DNA of 64,000 nucleotides from Atractiella rhizophila (Eukaryota). The position numbers were made by a program, and so were the translations under genes. Position 1 is the first letter of the stretch, and the number at the start of each line of letters is the position of its first letter. Positions 1 through 13,061 of this stretch are shown here, one piece after another. The DNA is taken from assembly GCA_021432655.1 (NCBI GenBank), contig MU271180.1:161183-225182 (forward strand), in the 5' to 3' direction. Below the pieces are notes generated by a model. The model did not search any database. It was not told the origin of the DNA and worked only from the letters and a program-made list of their open reading frames with translations.

Positions 1-1655
1 AATTACGACCCCAGCACAGAAGGAATCTGCAATATGGCAAAGGCGGAGCTATTCGCGGAATTCAAGGAATGTGAAGACAGTGAACCTTTCTACTCAGATG
101 GTTCTGAAGCAGAAGATGATGACGGGACGAGGACCCGAGGGCAAATAACGATCTACCATACCACTATTGAGGCGAGACAGCACAGAACTAGCGTTTTCTC
201 CTTCTACATTCGACATAATCTCGCAAGATTATTCTCCCATTCGCGAGGCGGCACTCTATTCTCGAAACTCTTTGACTACACGAAAGATCACCATCTTCAA
301 GAATTTCTCTGGCGGTACACCCATTCCACCGATGAATATCGCGGGCACGATGTCAGCGTTCAACCTGCCATTAAAGTTGTTCCTGAGAGCGACTGGCAGG
401 TTGCAAGGAGCTGCCTTGGTATGGCAGACGACGAAGAGGTATCCGCCGTCATGATCGGCTCCGAGGGTCCTTTCTTGTTTGCCTCCTCTATTACCCAAAT
501 GCACCTTCGACCTACTGGACGAGGGACTTGCTGTTACAGGGCCTACAACTCTAAATACGGCGTCGTTCTCCTGAAAGATACCTGGAGAAAGTCCGAATAC
601 CCAAGAGAAGGCGAGACTTACAGTTTGCTTCAGAACCCTCCAATCCCCCATATTCCCGTCGCATTAGCTGAGGGGGATGTTGGCGGACACGGTCAAGAGG
701 TCGAACTCATTAGAGAAGACGCTCCGGATGCGCGGCCGACAACCCTTGTTCATTATCGTATCATATTACACAAGATTGGGAAACCAATCGACTCGTTTAA
801 AACCTCGTGGCAATTTGTGAAGTGTGTCTCAGATGCGCTAGAAGGTTTGTTTTATGTTCCCTAGGTACAATTTCTGAGATCGTCTCTCACAGCACACACC
901 GCCGCGGTTCGACGTGGGATCCTGCATCGCGACATTTCGGTCGGCAACATCCTCATTTTCCAGAAAGATGAGGCCTCGGAACCTGAAGGTCTTTTAATTG
1001 ATTGGGACGTTGCGCAGAGGATGGGTAAAGAGTGGGAGCCGCCTGGTATAGAGCGAATGGTTTGGATCTTCTTTTTGACGAATGCAGCCAAAAGGTTGCT
1101 GATTCCATTTATGACCAGGGACCGTTTCAGTTCATGGCCTGGGAGCTGGCAGACAACAATACGGTCGAGCACCTCCCCGAACACGATCTTCAGTCTTTCT
1201 TCTACCTTCTACTCTGGCTTGCTCTACGATACTGTCCGGGCGCAGCAACGATGGAGGAACGACAAGAGGCGCTGAACAAGTTCGAGCTAGGGGACAATGT
1301 TTACAGTGGCGTACTAGAAAAGCAGAAGATCCTGTGGGGTAGTCGGACGGTCGACCTCATCGGTTTACAAGCCAAGGAATTTGAAGGCCTGCTGCAAAAC
1401 CTTCGGAAAGTATTGCGCCAGCACAGTTTACGTTTAGACTGGAGTACGACTGCAGAAGAGACACCATCAAAGGGTTTGACCACCACATACCGAGAACTGT
1501 TCAGCGATTCTTTAAAGAATGAGAACTGGCGGGATATGAAGGACAATTCTAGGGATTTCTTAGCCCCTGCAGGGGAGAATAAACGCAAGCGGGAAGAAGA
1601 GGACGAAGCTCAGTCCGAAAGGCGAAAGAGGCAGCGGAGCAGTGAGAATGAGTAG
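1..1655 (+). CDS. Fungal-type (FunK1/Pkinase_fungal) protein kinase, probably 5'-partial; introns ~845-892 and ~1060-1118
   Basis: Spliced translation gives TGRGT, LLKDTW, HRDISVGNILI, LIDWD, GPFQFMA and HDLQSFFYLLLW, all FunK1-type motifs. GT..AG introns restore the frame. The frame is open from base 1. Confidence 0.85.
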
Positions 1656-1874
1656 ATCTGCTGTTGTCGTCCACCTTTCTTATTTTCATGAGATTTTCTG
1701 TTCAACCCCTTCTCACAGAGCCTCGTTCATGATTTGTAACAAGGTAATTTCTCCGTGCTTCATGAGCATTGGTGCATTATCATTTTCTGGTTATTAGGCG
1801 AATGGCAAACGTGACGACGCAGCTACTTGAAGCACAGATGAACGACCCTTTGATTAGACTTGTACTAACGCCAA

Positions 1875-4083
1875 TTAAATGACTGCATAAATGATCCTCC
1901 AATACCACTTTTTCCTCCTTTCCTCCTCCTTCTCAGCTTTCGCCTTATCCACCGGATCCATCTCTTCGTCATGGTACTCATGCTCGTACAGGTCTACTTT
2001 GCTAATATCCACCGCATCCCAGACCCAGCTGGTCCATCGCTTTAAGGGTTTCTCCTCTCCCTCTTCATGTGCCTCAAAGCCCAGATAGGCGCGACGGAAG
2101 ATAGCCCAGCCAAAGTATAGGACGACCATGAGCGGGATTTGAATGTAGAGAGAGACGAAGTCGACAGAGTTGAAGGACGGTGAGAATGAAGACCATCCTT
2201 GAACTGAAGATCCGGAATTCAGTCAACACAACAAGTCATCTCAGAATGATTATTAGAGGGACCTACTGATGATCAAACAGCTAACAGAGATGATAACGAA
2301 GTAATGTGCCCATCCCCATGTCCATCTGTCCGTCAAATCAGTTCATTCTGGGCTGGCAGATAACCAGGAGCGTACCGTGCATGATATTTCAGCTCCTCCT
2401 TTCTCCTCCCTTGCTTAACCCACGCCTTCCGGAATCTCCAACTCGCAAGACCGATGCTAAGCCATGCAATCTGTAACCATACACATATCAACGTCTAAGT
2501 CTTCGTCCACTTCGAAAGAGATGGATGTACCTGATTCGATACCCCAACCAGATTTTGCAACCAGGACCAGAGATCCCCAGCGCCGATATAGGAGCTTCCG
2601 AAGCAGAGGCCGCTCACGCTTCCAGTTGCTAGGAGAGCGAAGATGGGTACACCGTTCGGCGTGGTCCATTTGAAGATGGCTGGTGCCTGAGCAGGCTGAG
2701 TGGTCGCAAGACCGTACAAGACTCGAGTGCCGGCATACAGCGCATGGTTTCCTGCTGATAGCACAGATGTGAGGATGACGGCGTTCATGAAGGAGCCGGC
2801 GCTCTCTATATGTTACGTTCCTCGTTAGATGGCGCAAGAGGCATGAAAACACGAAAGTGGCGCACTTGAACCCACTTCTCTGAAGATGATGGTGAAAGGG
2901 GAAGTAGCAGAGGAGCGTGTGGAGAGGTTAGGGTAGTCGTATGGAACTGGGAGCCTTGAATTAACATATTGTATGCGTTGTGAGATAAGAACATACCGTC
3001 CAATCCGATGAGCAAAACGGAGAGGATATAGAAGATGAGGATGCGCCAGAAAACAAACTTGACGACCCTCGGCATATTGCGAGAAGGGTTCTTCGTCTCT
3101 CCCGCCGTGATTCCCAAGCTTTCAGTGCCTCCATCTGATCACCCATCCCATCAGCACAAGACCTTCGACATGCAGAGGGTATGAACAACTTACAAGCGAA
3201 AGAAGCTGTCACGAATACGCGCGCAAACCCACCGAATCCACCAACGAACGGCGCGTCCCCTCTTCTCCACAGCTCGCCGCCGATGTAGGAATCTGTGGAG
3301 TTCGCACCACAGTTGACTGCTATTCCAAGGATGATGAAGATCACGATTGTGATGACTTTGAGGACGGAAAGCCAGTATTCTATCCAACCCAACAACACGC
3401 AGACGAACCGTTAGTTTCTCCTCACTCGTCCAAGTTGATACGGAGGGAGGAGGAAAAGACGAGAACAAACCTAGTTCACCGTATGCCCGAACGCTGAAAG
3501 AGTTGACAGCGATGAGGAAGACCCAGAAACAGAGACTGATGACCCAACCATGGAAGTCTGTCCAATAAGCCAACAACAGTTGAGCGGCGGTGAGATCTGA
3601 GGCGACTGAGATAGCGTCGTTGGCCCAATATGACCAAGAGAGAGCAAATCCGTAGGAGGGACTGACGAAGCGGACGGCGTAGTTATTGAAAGATCCAGCG
3701 ACAGGGTATTGTGTCGCCATTTCTCCTAGTAGCTGGAGAGTGAGGTAAACAATGAAACCAATAACCGTGTAGCAGATGAGTAGAGCGGCGGGTCCACCTT
3801 GAGAGAGAGAGCGTCCAGTTCCCAAGAAAAGGCCAGTTCCTGTCCCCTTTCTATGAGCACACTGTCCTTGAAGGGGAAGGAGACAATAAAAAGGTGTACC
3901 GATGGTCCCTGCGATGGCTATCATTTGAATCTGCCGTGCAGAAAGCCCACGATGAAGTCCTCTCTTTTCTCCCGCTTCCAAGTCCAATCCTCCACGCCCT
4001 CCATGTTTCTCATGCTCAGTGAGGTCATGAGCGTGAAGGCCAGCATCCTTCTCGTCGTGTACAGACAGATCCTCTTTTGACAT
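1875..4083 (-). CDS. Amino-acid permease (APC/YAT family), multi-exon
   Basis: Motifs [61 protein letters not shown] and many hydrophobic segments are spread over exon ORFs. Confidence 0.92.
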
Positions 4084-4160
4084 TTTGCCAAACTAATGAC
4101 GCCCGACTTCACGTCTTACTACAGAGATGCAGACCCGATTTTGACTTGTGGCGGGGCCAG

Positions 4161-7100
4161 AACTAAGCAAGGTTGGCTTTTGAGTGAGAAGAAATTTTAA
4201 GGCGGAGATCATGTTGTGGTCGATGGCGAGCATGCTGTGATGTATGGCGCGAAAAGGTCGCCCGAAGGTGGGACAGAGGACTGAATTCCTTTCGATTCAT
4301 ACAATACAGCGAGGCCAAGGAGGCGAGGAACAATCCGCTTTGTTGAATGAAGCTGAGCTGTTGAGGCAGCAATGAGAGCAGCCATCGAGGATGGAGATGA
4401 GCAAAAAAGAAGCCGTGAGGACACAATGAGCAGGAGGCACCGATGGGAAGACCCCGTCTTTCAAGCGTACTGTATCTCAGCTAGCTTTCCAAGGCCGACG
4501 ACGATGTACCTGGACAACTGCTAAGCTCTTAGCAGATATGTGGTGATGGATGGTCACGTGCACGACTTCTACGCGCCGTGTCGAGTTGAAAGAATGAATG
4601 AATGGACTTGTCATTGGATTATTGATTAGGAGTTTGACTGGGTCTAAAGAAAGGAAGGAGTCCAACCGACATTGAAGGGACAATCGTAATATCCAATATC
4701 CAATTCGTTGTCGGTGACAAATACAGGTTTTTCATCAAATGGAACGTCTCCAAGCTTTCTACACCGTCAGCATGATAAGTCTATTAATCTCTATCGACCG
4801 CGTTCTTCGACATCTTCCTAATCTTTGGTCCAAACTTGAACAACACTAGCGGGATCTAACAACAGGAGCACAGGGCACTCAGCATATACCTTTACTTGGA
4901 GGAATGAAGAGACGCACTGGTGCGCCAGCTAGGGCGACAAAAGCAAGGAGGGAAGTAGCCCAATGCACGTTCAGAGCATCATACACTGTTCAGCCAAACC
5001 ATCAACCAAAGCTCGCCTGAGAATAATCGGAATGAGCTTACTCTGAGTAGCGAATAATGGGAAACCGGCTCTGAAGCGTTCTATCAGTTTGAGCGACAAC
5101 AATGTAAAGCTTGGTGAAGAATACCGTACCCAGCTATGGAGCGCACCACTGTGGAAGCAGCGAGAGCAGTAGCCGCGAACCTGATATCCGACACACGTAA
5201 GACGAATACGAAGCAGATGCAGGAAAGAGCAGAACGCACATGAGGTAGGAGTCGACGATGTAGTTGATCAACGAAAGGAAGATGAGGAAGATGCAGCCTC
5301 CCATGATCGTTCTACCATCCATCGATCAGCCATCACCTTGAAAAGATGACACGTGAAATAATCTACCCAGCTACGATACAGCTCCAATAACTTGTACTCG
5401 GGAAACAGGACCAAGCAAGCCAAAACATGGCGATGGGGAGGATGGCGGCGGCCGGAATGCAAGGTAACAACCTCTGTTCTGGAGGAACCGGTTTCGGAGC
5501 TAGCTCTTCCACCTTTCGTCTGTATCGAGGGCCAGATATGAAGATATCGGCCAGGTTCGCGATTGTGCCTCCACTAGAAACCAACGGATCAGTAAGGTGC
5601 ATTATGAAACCACAAACGGTGCGGCTCACATAGAGATGGTGAGGAAAGTGAGACCGTTGATTCCAGCAGAGAAGCCATAGACGCGGACGAAAATGTAGGG
5701 ATAAGCTTCGAAGAGGAGGTAGACGACACCATAAATAAACTAAGCAAGGTTGGCTTTTGAGTGAGAAGAAATTTTAAGGCGGAGATCATGTTGTGGTCGA
5801 TGGCGAGCATGCTGTGATGTATGGCGCGAAAAGGTCGCCCGAAGGTGGGACAGAGGACTGAATTCCTTTCGATTCATACAATACAGCGAGGCCAAGGAGG
5901 CGAGGAACAATCCGCTTTGTTGAATGAAGCTGAGCTGTTGAGGCAGCAATGAGAGCAGCCATTGATGGGGATGAGCAAAAAAGAAGCTGCGATGACACAA
6001 TTAGCTGAAAGCGCGGTTGCGAAGATTAAGCGTACTGTATCTCAGCCAGCTTTCCCAGGCCGACGAGGATGTACGCAGACAGCTACGCTCTTAGCAAGAT
6101 GGATGGTCACGTGCACGACTTCTACGCGCCGTGTTGAATTGAAAGAATGAATGGACTTGTTATTGGATTATTGATTATTGGAGGAGTTGACTGGGTCTAA
6201 AGAAAGGAAGGAGTCCAACCGACATTGAAGGGACAATCGTAATATCCAATATCCAATTCGTTGTCGGTGACAAATACAAGTTTTTCATCAAATGGGACGT
6301 CTCCAAGCTTTCTACACCGTCAGCATGATAAGTCTATTAATCTCTATCGACCGCGTTCTTCGACATCTTCCTAATCTTCGGTCCAAACTTGAACAACACT
6401 AGCGGGATCTAACAACAAGAGCACAGGGCACTCAGCATATACCTTTACGTGGAGGAAGGAAGAGACGCACTGGTGCGCCAGCTAGGGCGACAAAAGCAAG
6501 GAGGGAAGTAGCCCAATGCACGTTCAGAGCATCATACACTGTTCAGCCAAACCATCAACCAAAGCTCGCCTGAGAATAATCGGAATGAGCTTACTCTGAG
6601 TAGCGAATAATGGGAAACCGGCTCTGAAGCGTTCTATCAGTTTGAGCGACAACAATGTAAAGCTTGGTGAAGAATACCGTACCCAGCTATGGAGCGCACC
6701 ACTGTGGAAGCAGCGAGAGCAGTAGCCGCGAACCTGATATCCGACACACGTAAGACGAATACGAAGCAGATGCAGGAAAGAGCAGAACGCACATGAGGTA
6801 GGAGTCGACGATGTAGTTGATCAACGAAAGGAAGATGAGGAAGATGCAGCCTCCCATGATCGTTCTACCATCCATCGATCAGCCATCACCTTGAAAAGAT
6901 GACACGTGAAATAATCTACCCAGCTACGATACAGCTCCAATAACTTGTACTCGGGAAACAGGACCAAGCAAGCCAAAACATGGCGATGGGGAGGATGGCG
7001 GCGGCCGGAATGCAAGGTAACAACCTCTGTTCTGGAGGAACCGGTTTCGGAGCTAGCTCTTCCACCTTTCGTCTGTATCGAGGGCCAGATATGAAGATAT

Positions 7101-7289
7101 CGGCCAGGTTCGCGATTGTGCCTCCACTAGAAACCAACGGATCAGTAAGGTGCATTATGAAACCACAAACGGTGCGGCTCACATAGAGATGGTGAGGAAA
7201 GTGAGACCGTTGATTCCAGCAGAGAAGCCATAGACGCGGACGAAAATGTAGGGATAAGCTTCGAAGAGGAGGTAGACGACACCATAAAT
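4161..7289. repeat. Tandem duplication ~1.55-1.58 kb (4161-5736 vs 5738-7289)
   Basis: Identical ORFs at offset 1553 (5134/6687, 5427/6980). The copies differ mainly by indels in the intergenic part. Confidence 0.9.
4784..5736 (-). pseudogene. 3' fragment copy of the DHA1 MFS transporter
   Basis: Near-identical to 6337-7289 but lacks the 5' part of the gene. Confidence 0.75.
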
Positions 7290-8730
7290 GAAGCTCATGT
7301 CTATAACAGGCGAACGAGTTAATCACTAGACAAAGGAGCAAGAAGGAAAGGTAGAAGCTCACAAAACGTGATGACAGCCAACATAGGCTCCTGGGAGAAG
7401 AGAACAAAAGGTCGGACAAAGGAATTATGAAGGACGTGTTTGATGTCCTTCGGCTTCTTGTCCAAAGGAGCCCACCACCTCTGATCTCCAGTCTCTCGTC
7501 GTTTCTTCGCAGCCTTCCTCGCCAAAATGAGGGGAGTGTAGGTTTCGGGGAGGAAGACGAAGAGCATGAGTGAGACGGCGCCACCAAAGATGGCGATCGT
7601 GTAGTGTGTCCAGCGCCAAGAGGTGCCTGTCACTTCGATGAAGCCACCGACAGTGGGACCCAGGGCAGGCCTGTTTCAGACTCAGCATGAAGTTTGATGG
7701 ACGCGTTGTTGAGAAACCCACCCAGCAAAAGGAGCCAATGCGAAGACGGAGAGCGCAACTCCTCGCGTTTTTGCGTCCCATCTGTGCATCCATCAGATTT
7801 CTCTTCCAGCAGAAGCAAGAAGTTACGCACATATCAGCGGTCAAACCACCAGCAACAGTCAAGGGACAGCTCCTGCAGGAGCACATTCAATATTTGGCAA
7901 CAAGGCAAAACGTGGGAGAGAGCAACTCACCCCCAGACGCCGCCCAAGAAACGGAAGATCAGTATCGACGCCGTGTTCTTGCTGAGCCCAGCACCGAGCG
8001 CGAAGAGTGAATACGGAATGAAGGCTGCTAAGAAGCAAAGCCGACGCCCAAAGAGCTCGGATCCAGGCCCCCAGATCTGCAGTTTATTTCGAGAGTAAGA
8101 CGTGGATAATTAGGAATAAGACGTGAGAAAACGAACGAGAGGACCGCCTAAAGTAATTAAAAGCAATTTAGAATCGTGAGAGTTTCGGAGATGGAGAAAA
8201 CAGACCAATGTATCCTGCTACGAATAAGGAAACGAGAAGAATAGCAACTTCTTGACTGAACCCAAAGTACTCCATGACGGATGGGGTATTGGAGGACGGG
8301 GCAGAAGAGGCGAAAGTGACATTGAGGGTAGCGAGACCGCCGATCATAGTGATTGCCCTTTCGATCATCCTTCAGTCAATACAACTTCCTTTGGAAAGCG
8401 CAGAGTAACGTACCAACGGCGCGGTCTGCTCCAATTAAGAGGATTTTCAGGATCGTCATCTCCCTCCCATCCGACCAAAAACAGCTGCTCCTCCTTCTCA
8501 TGATGTCCTTTTTTCTCTTCTTCCAGCTTCAAATTCGCAAGCTCCAGCTCCTCCCTTTCCCTCTCTCCCCTTTCCAGCTCTCCTCTCGAAAACTCCCTCT
8601 TTAACTCGTTTTTCTTCACCTCCTCTGGACTCGGAAAAGAGTCTTCGACCAGTCCACTAGCTCCTTCTGCGTCTGAGGCACGCTGTGCCAGTGTGCGTTC
8701 CGATGGTGAGGGTGAGCGTGAAGGTGACAT
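6337..8730 (-). CDS. MFS multidrug transporter, DHA1 family, multi-exon
   Basis: Motifs VGWEGDDDPENPLNWS, FLPETYTP, PPEQRL and YIVDSY, with C-terminus FKFGPKIRKMSKNAVDRD*. Confidence 0.9.
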
Positions 8731-10457
8731 TATAAGTTAGTAGGTAGGATAAGAAGAGAGAACATGGACGAAGAAGCGGCTCTTTTATTATTCTATTTTA
8801 GCTGCGAAGGCCTGACTGACTGAACATGCTGAGCTCAACGGCGTCACTTGCCGCCTTCGGACAAAAAGTCCGAAGTGGAGGACTAGTCCCGTTACACCGT
8901 CCGTTACCACCGTGCCAGATTTGCGAATTGCAGTGAGGGCCCACCATTATTCCGACATCGCGACGACTGCTACTGGTGTGACGATGCTGATGCGGTGGGT
9001 CGGCGCGGTTAGAGAGGGCAGTAGCACCGTGCCATTGGTGCGCGAGCCGCTCAGCATGAACCTGAAAGTATCTTTAATGCCCCCGAGTCCTCATCCTCTT
9101 CGTTCGAATAGTGTACATGATTTACAGCAACAATGGATCAAGTCAAGTTAGCAAGGTAGAGAGGAGTTTCGGTGCAGCTATCTGCGTAACTGCTTTCAAA
9201 TGCTGATTCATCCTGTTGTTGAGTGAGGGTCTGGCGGAGCTAAGTCACGGGTATAGCAGCTCCTTTAACAGCGAGAACGGCGGTCCTTCACAAGCATATA
9301 CCATGACACGTTCTCCGTGGTTTGTCATGTTCTTTCAGCGTCACGATTTCCGGTCCTTAACCGTTACTTCTGCTATGAGTCGGTTTGGGACTTCGAGCCG
9401 AGCTATAAGTCCTTACATCACTCTGTAAACCAGCGGTTGACAGAGTATATCTACGTACCTTTCGGTTGCAGAAGTCCCTCTTCGTCCTGTAAGCATTGAG
9501 AGTGACGAATTCGTTATAATTACAATACTTTACTAGCTTTACCCTTGAAAGCTTCTCTGGCTAATCGTAGGATTTTGGTCAACTGCACCAAGACACCTAG
9601 CCGTGGTCACCTTGGACTGGATGGGCTCATTTCTGGGTAGGCGCGAGCTTGCTTTGCTTCGAGACAATAAACATCGTATTTTCAGACGTTGCAAAGCTAT
9701 TGGAGGTTGGTCTCATGAATAGCGCTTGCTCCACCACTTCTCCTAATCTTATGTGCCAATGGGGCATGGAGAAAACTCAACCATCAGTCCAACCATGATA
9801 ACGTATATTGCGAGGGTCATAGCATGTCGTATCCGAGTAAGGCGGCGGAATGCTGCAATTAGTCATAAAAATCGACCGTCTTGACTACTCAGGCTGATGC
9901 CAATATAAGGTGGATCGACAGTGGGGTGGGATTCTCTTTTGGCATCACGGACGGGAATAAATCCCGTTGGATGCAAGGTGTTCCAGTGGAAGGACCTCAA
10001 TGCCATCGTCCGAAAGATGTCATTGGAAGACTGCCTATGTATACATAGATAGGTACTTGGACGTTATAGTGAACTTGAAAAGTCTTACTTTCTGATCGAG
10101 TGTGATTTGGACGATTCCTGCCTTGCAATTACTAGCACCAGCAAGAATGTAGAATCAAGGAGAATGGACGAGAGGACAAGAGAGGAAACTGCGACGCGGC
10201 CCGACCCGCTCCACTTTCCACGAATAACATTGATGTCGGACGCTTGGCAATAAATCAAAACAAACATCGCCACAGATTTGGTTTGGCAAAGATGAGAGCA
10301 ATGCTCATAGACACACATTCTTATTCTTGTTTCCAGATGTTTAGACTGTATGCTCTTGCAAGAGCCAAACCAAAGATTTTGTCAAGACAATAAAACAGTA
10401 AAATGCAATCAGATTGTGAGCTAACTCACTTTTGTGTTTCCATCACTGCAACATCAA

Positions 10458-10913
10458 TCAAACTTTCCTCCACCTCCTCCCAGCTTCCGCCTCCTTCCTC
10501 CACATCTCGTATTCCTCTCCTAGCACACCTAAGCTTTCAACCTCCAAATCCAGCGCTCTGACCACATTTTCCAAATAACCCAAATCCGCGGCCAGCTGCT
10601 GTGCTCCTTGTTGAGGCAAAGTGCTCGGGAGAGAGGGGAGGACGTTAGTGAGGAGATGATGGATCATCGAGATGGTAAGACTCATGAGATGCGATCCGAG
10701 CGCATGCTGTTCCGACGTCTCTCCATCACCTTCCGGTATTGATTGGGACTGCGAAGTCGAGAGAGATGGAGAAGGCGCTTCCAACATGCCTAACCTCGAC
10801 GCTCGCTTATTCAACCTCTCCTTCTCCTCTTCTTTTTCCCTCTCTTCCCTCAAAAATGGAAGTCCCTCCACTTCCCACCCGAGTGCATCTTCTTCCGCAT
10901 GATAAATCTCAAA
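10458..10913 (-). pseudogene. 3' fragment copy of COG7
   Basis: Translation is identical to the C-terminus at 13062-13517. Confidence 0.7.
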
Positions 10914-11311
10914 AGACCGCCGATCATAGTGATTGCCCTTTCGATCATCCTTCAGTCAATACAACTTCTTTTGGAAAGCGCAGAGTAAACGTACCAACGG
11001 CGCGGTCTGCTCCAATTAAGAGGATTTTCAGGGTCGTCATCTCCCTCCCATCCGACCAAAAACAGCTGCTCCTCCTTCTCATGATGTCCTTTTTTCTCTT
11101 CTTCCAGCTTCAAATTCGCAAGCTCCAGCTCCTCCCTTTCCCTCTCGCCCCTCTCGAGCTCGCCTCTCGAAAACTCCCTCTTTAACTCGTTTTTCTTCAC
11201 CTCCTCTGGACTCGGAAAAGAGTCTTCGACCAGCCCACTAGCTGCTTCTGCGTCTGAGGCACGCTGTGCCAGTGTGCGTTCCGATGGTGAGGGTGAGCGT
11301 GAAGGTGACAT
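10914..11311 (-). pseudogene. 5' fragment copy of the DHA1 MFS transporter
   Basis: MSPSRSPSPSERT...DPENPLNWS duplicates 8334-8730 and is truncated at the junction. Confidence 0.7.
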
Positions 11312-13061
11312 TATAAGTTAGTAGGTAGGATAAGAAGAGAGAACATGGACGAAGAAGCGGCTCTTTTATTATTCTATTTTAGCCGCGAAGCCTTGAGTGA
11401 CTGAACATGCTGAGCTCAACGGCGTCACTTGCCGCCTTCGGACAAAAAGTCCGAAGTGGAGGACTAGTCCCGTTACACCGTCCGTTACCACCGTGCCAGA
11501 TTTGCGAATTGCAGTGAGGGCCCACCATTATTCCGACATCGCGACAACTGCTACTGGTGTGACGATGCTGATGCGGTGGGTCGGCGCGGTTAGAGAGGGC
11601 AGTAGCACCGTGCCATTGGTGCGCGAGCCGCTCAGCATGAACCTGAAAGTATCTTTAATGCCCCCGAGTCCTCATCCTCTTCGTTCGAATAGTGTACATG
11701 ATTTACAGCAACAATGGATCAAGTCAAGTTAGCAGGGTAGAGAGGAGTTTCGGTGAAGCTATCTGCGTAACTGCTTTCAAATGCTGATTCATCCTGTTGT
11801 TGGGTGGGGGTTGTGCTACGATCCACACAGTCTCGCGGAGCTAAGTCACGGGTATAGCAGCTCCTTTAACAGCGAGAACGGCGGTCCTTCACAAGCATAT
11901 ACCATGACACGTTCTCCGTGGTTTGTCATGTTCTTTCAGCGTCACGATTTCCGGTCCTTAACCGTTACTTCTGCTATGCGTCGGTTTGGGGCTTCGAGCC
12001 GAGCTATAAGTCCTTACATCACTCTGTAAACCAGCGGTTGACAGAGTATATCTACGTACCTTTCGGTTGCAGAAGTCCCTCTTCGTTCTGTAGGCATGGA
12101 GAGTGACGAATTCGTTATAATTACAATACTTTACTAGCTTTACCCTTGAAAGCTTCTCTGGCTAATGGTAGGATTTTTGGTCAACTGCACCACAGAACCT
12201 AGCCGTGGTCATCTTGGACTGGATGGACTCATTTCTGGGTAGGCGCGAGCTTGCTTTGCTTCGGGATAATAAAGATCGTATTTCAGACGTTGCAAAGGTA
12301 TTGGAGTTTGGTCTCATGAATATACGCTTGCTCCGCCACTTCTCCTGATCTCATATGTTAATGGGACATGGAGAAGACTCAACCATCAGTCCAACCATGA
12401 TAACGTATATTGTGACGGTCATAGCATATCGTGTCCGAGTAAGGCGGCGGAATGCTGCAATTAGTCATAAAAATCGACCGTCTTGACTACTCAGGCTGAT
12501 GCCAATATAAGGTGGATCGACAGTGGGGTGGGATTCTCTTTTGGCATCACGGACGGGAATAAATCCCGTTGGATGCAAGGTGTTCCAGTGGAAGGACCTC
12601 AATGCCATCGTCCGAAAGATGTCATTGGAAGACTGCCTATGTATACATAGATAGGTACTTGGACGTTATAGTGAACTTGAAAAGTCTTACTTTCTGATCG
12701 AGTGTGATTTGGACGATTCCTGCCTTGCAATTACTAGCACCAGCAAGAATGTAGAATCAAGGAGAATGGACGAGAGGACAAGAGAGGAAACTGCGACGCG
12801 GCCCGACCCGCTCCACTTTCCACGAATAACATTGATGTCGGACGCTTGGCAATAAATCAAAACAAACATCGCCACAGATTTGGTTTGGTCAAAGATTCAG
12901 AGCAATGCTCATAGACACACATTCTTATTCTTGTTTCCAGATGTTTAGACTGTATGCTCTTGCAAGAGCCAAACCAAAGATTTTGTCAAGACAATAAAAC
13001 AGTAAAATGCAATCAGATTGTGAGCTAACTCACTTTTGTGTTTCCATCACTGCAACATCAA

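Noticed and set aside
4430..4500. Possible TPP riboswitch upstream of the permease (minus-strand GCTGAGA)
   Set aside because: The downstream GATC.GG.TAAT.CC.GCG core is absent, and the region differs between the duplicate copies.
8912..10318. Short ORFs repeated at 11397-12875
   Set aside because: Their recurrence is explained by the tandem duplication and they show no protein-like features.
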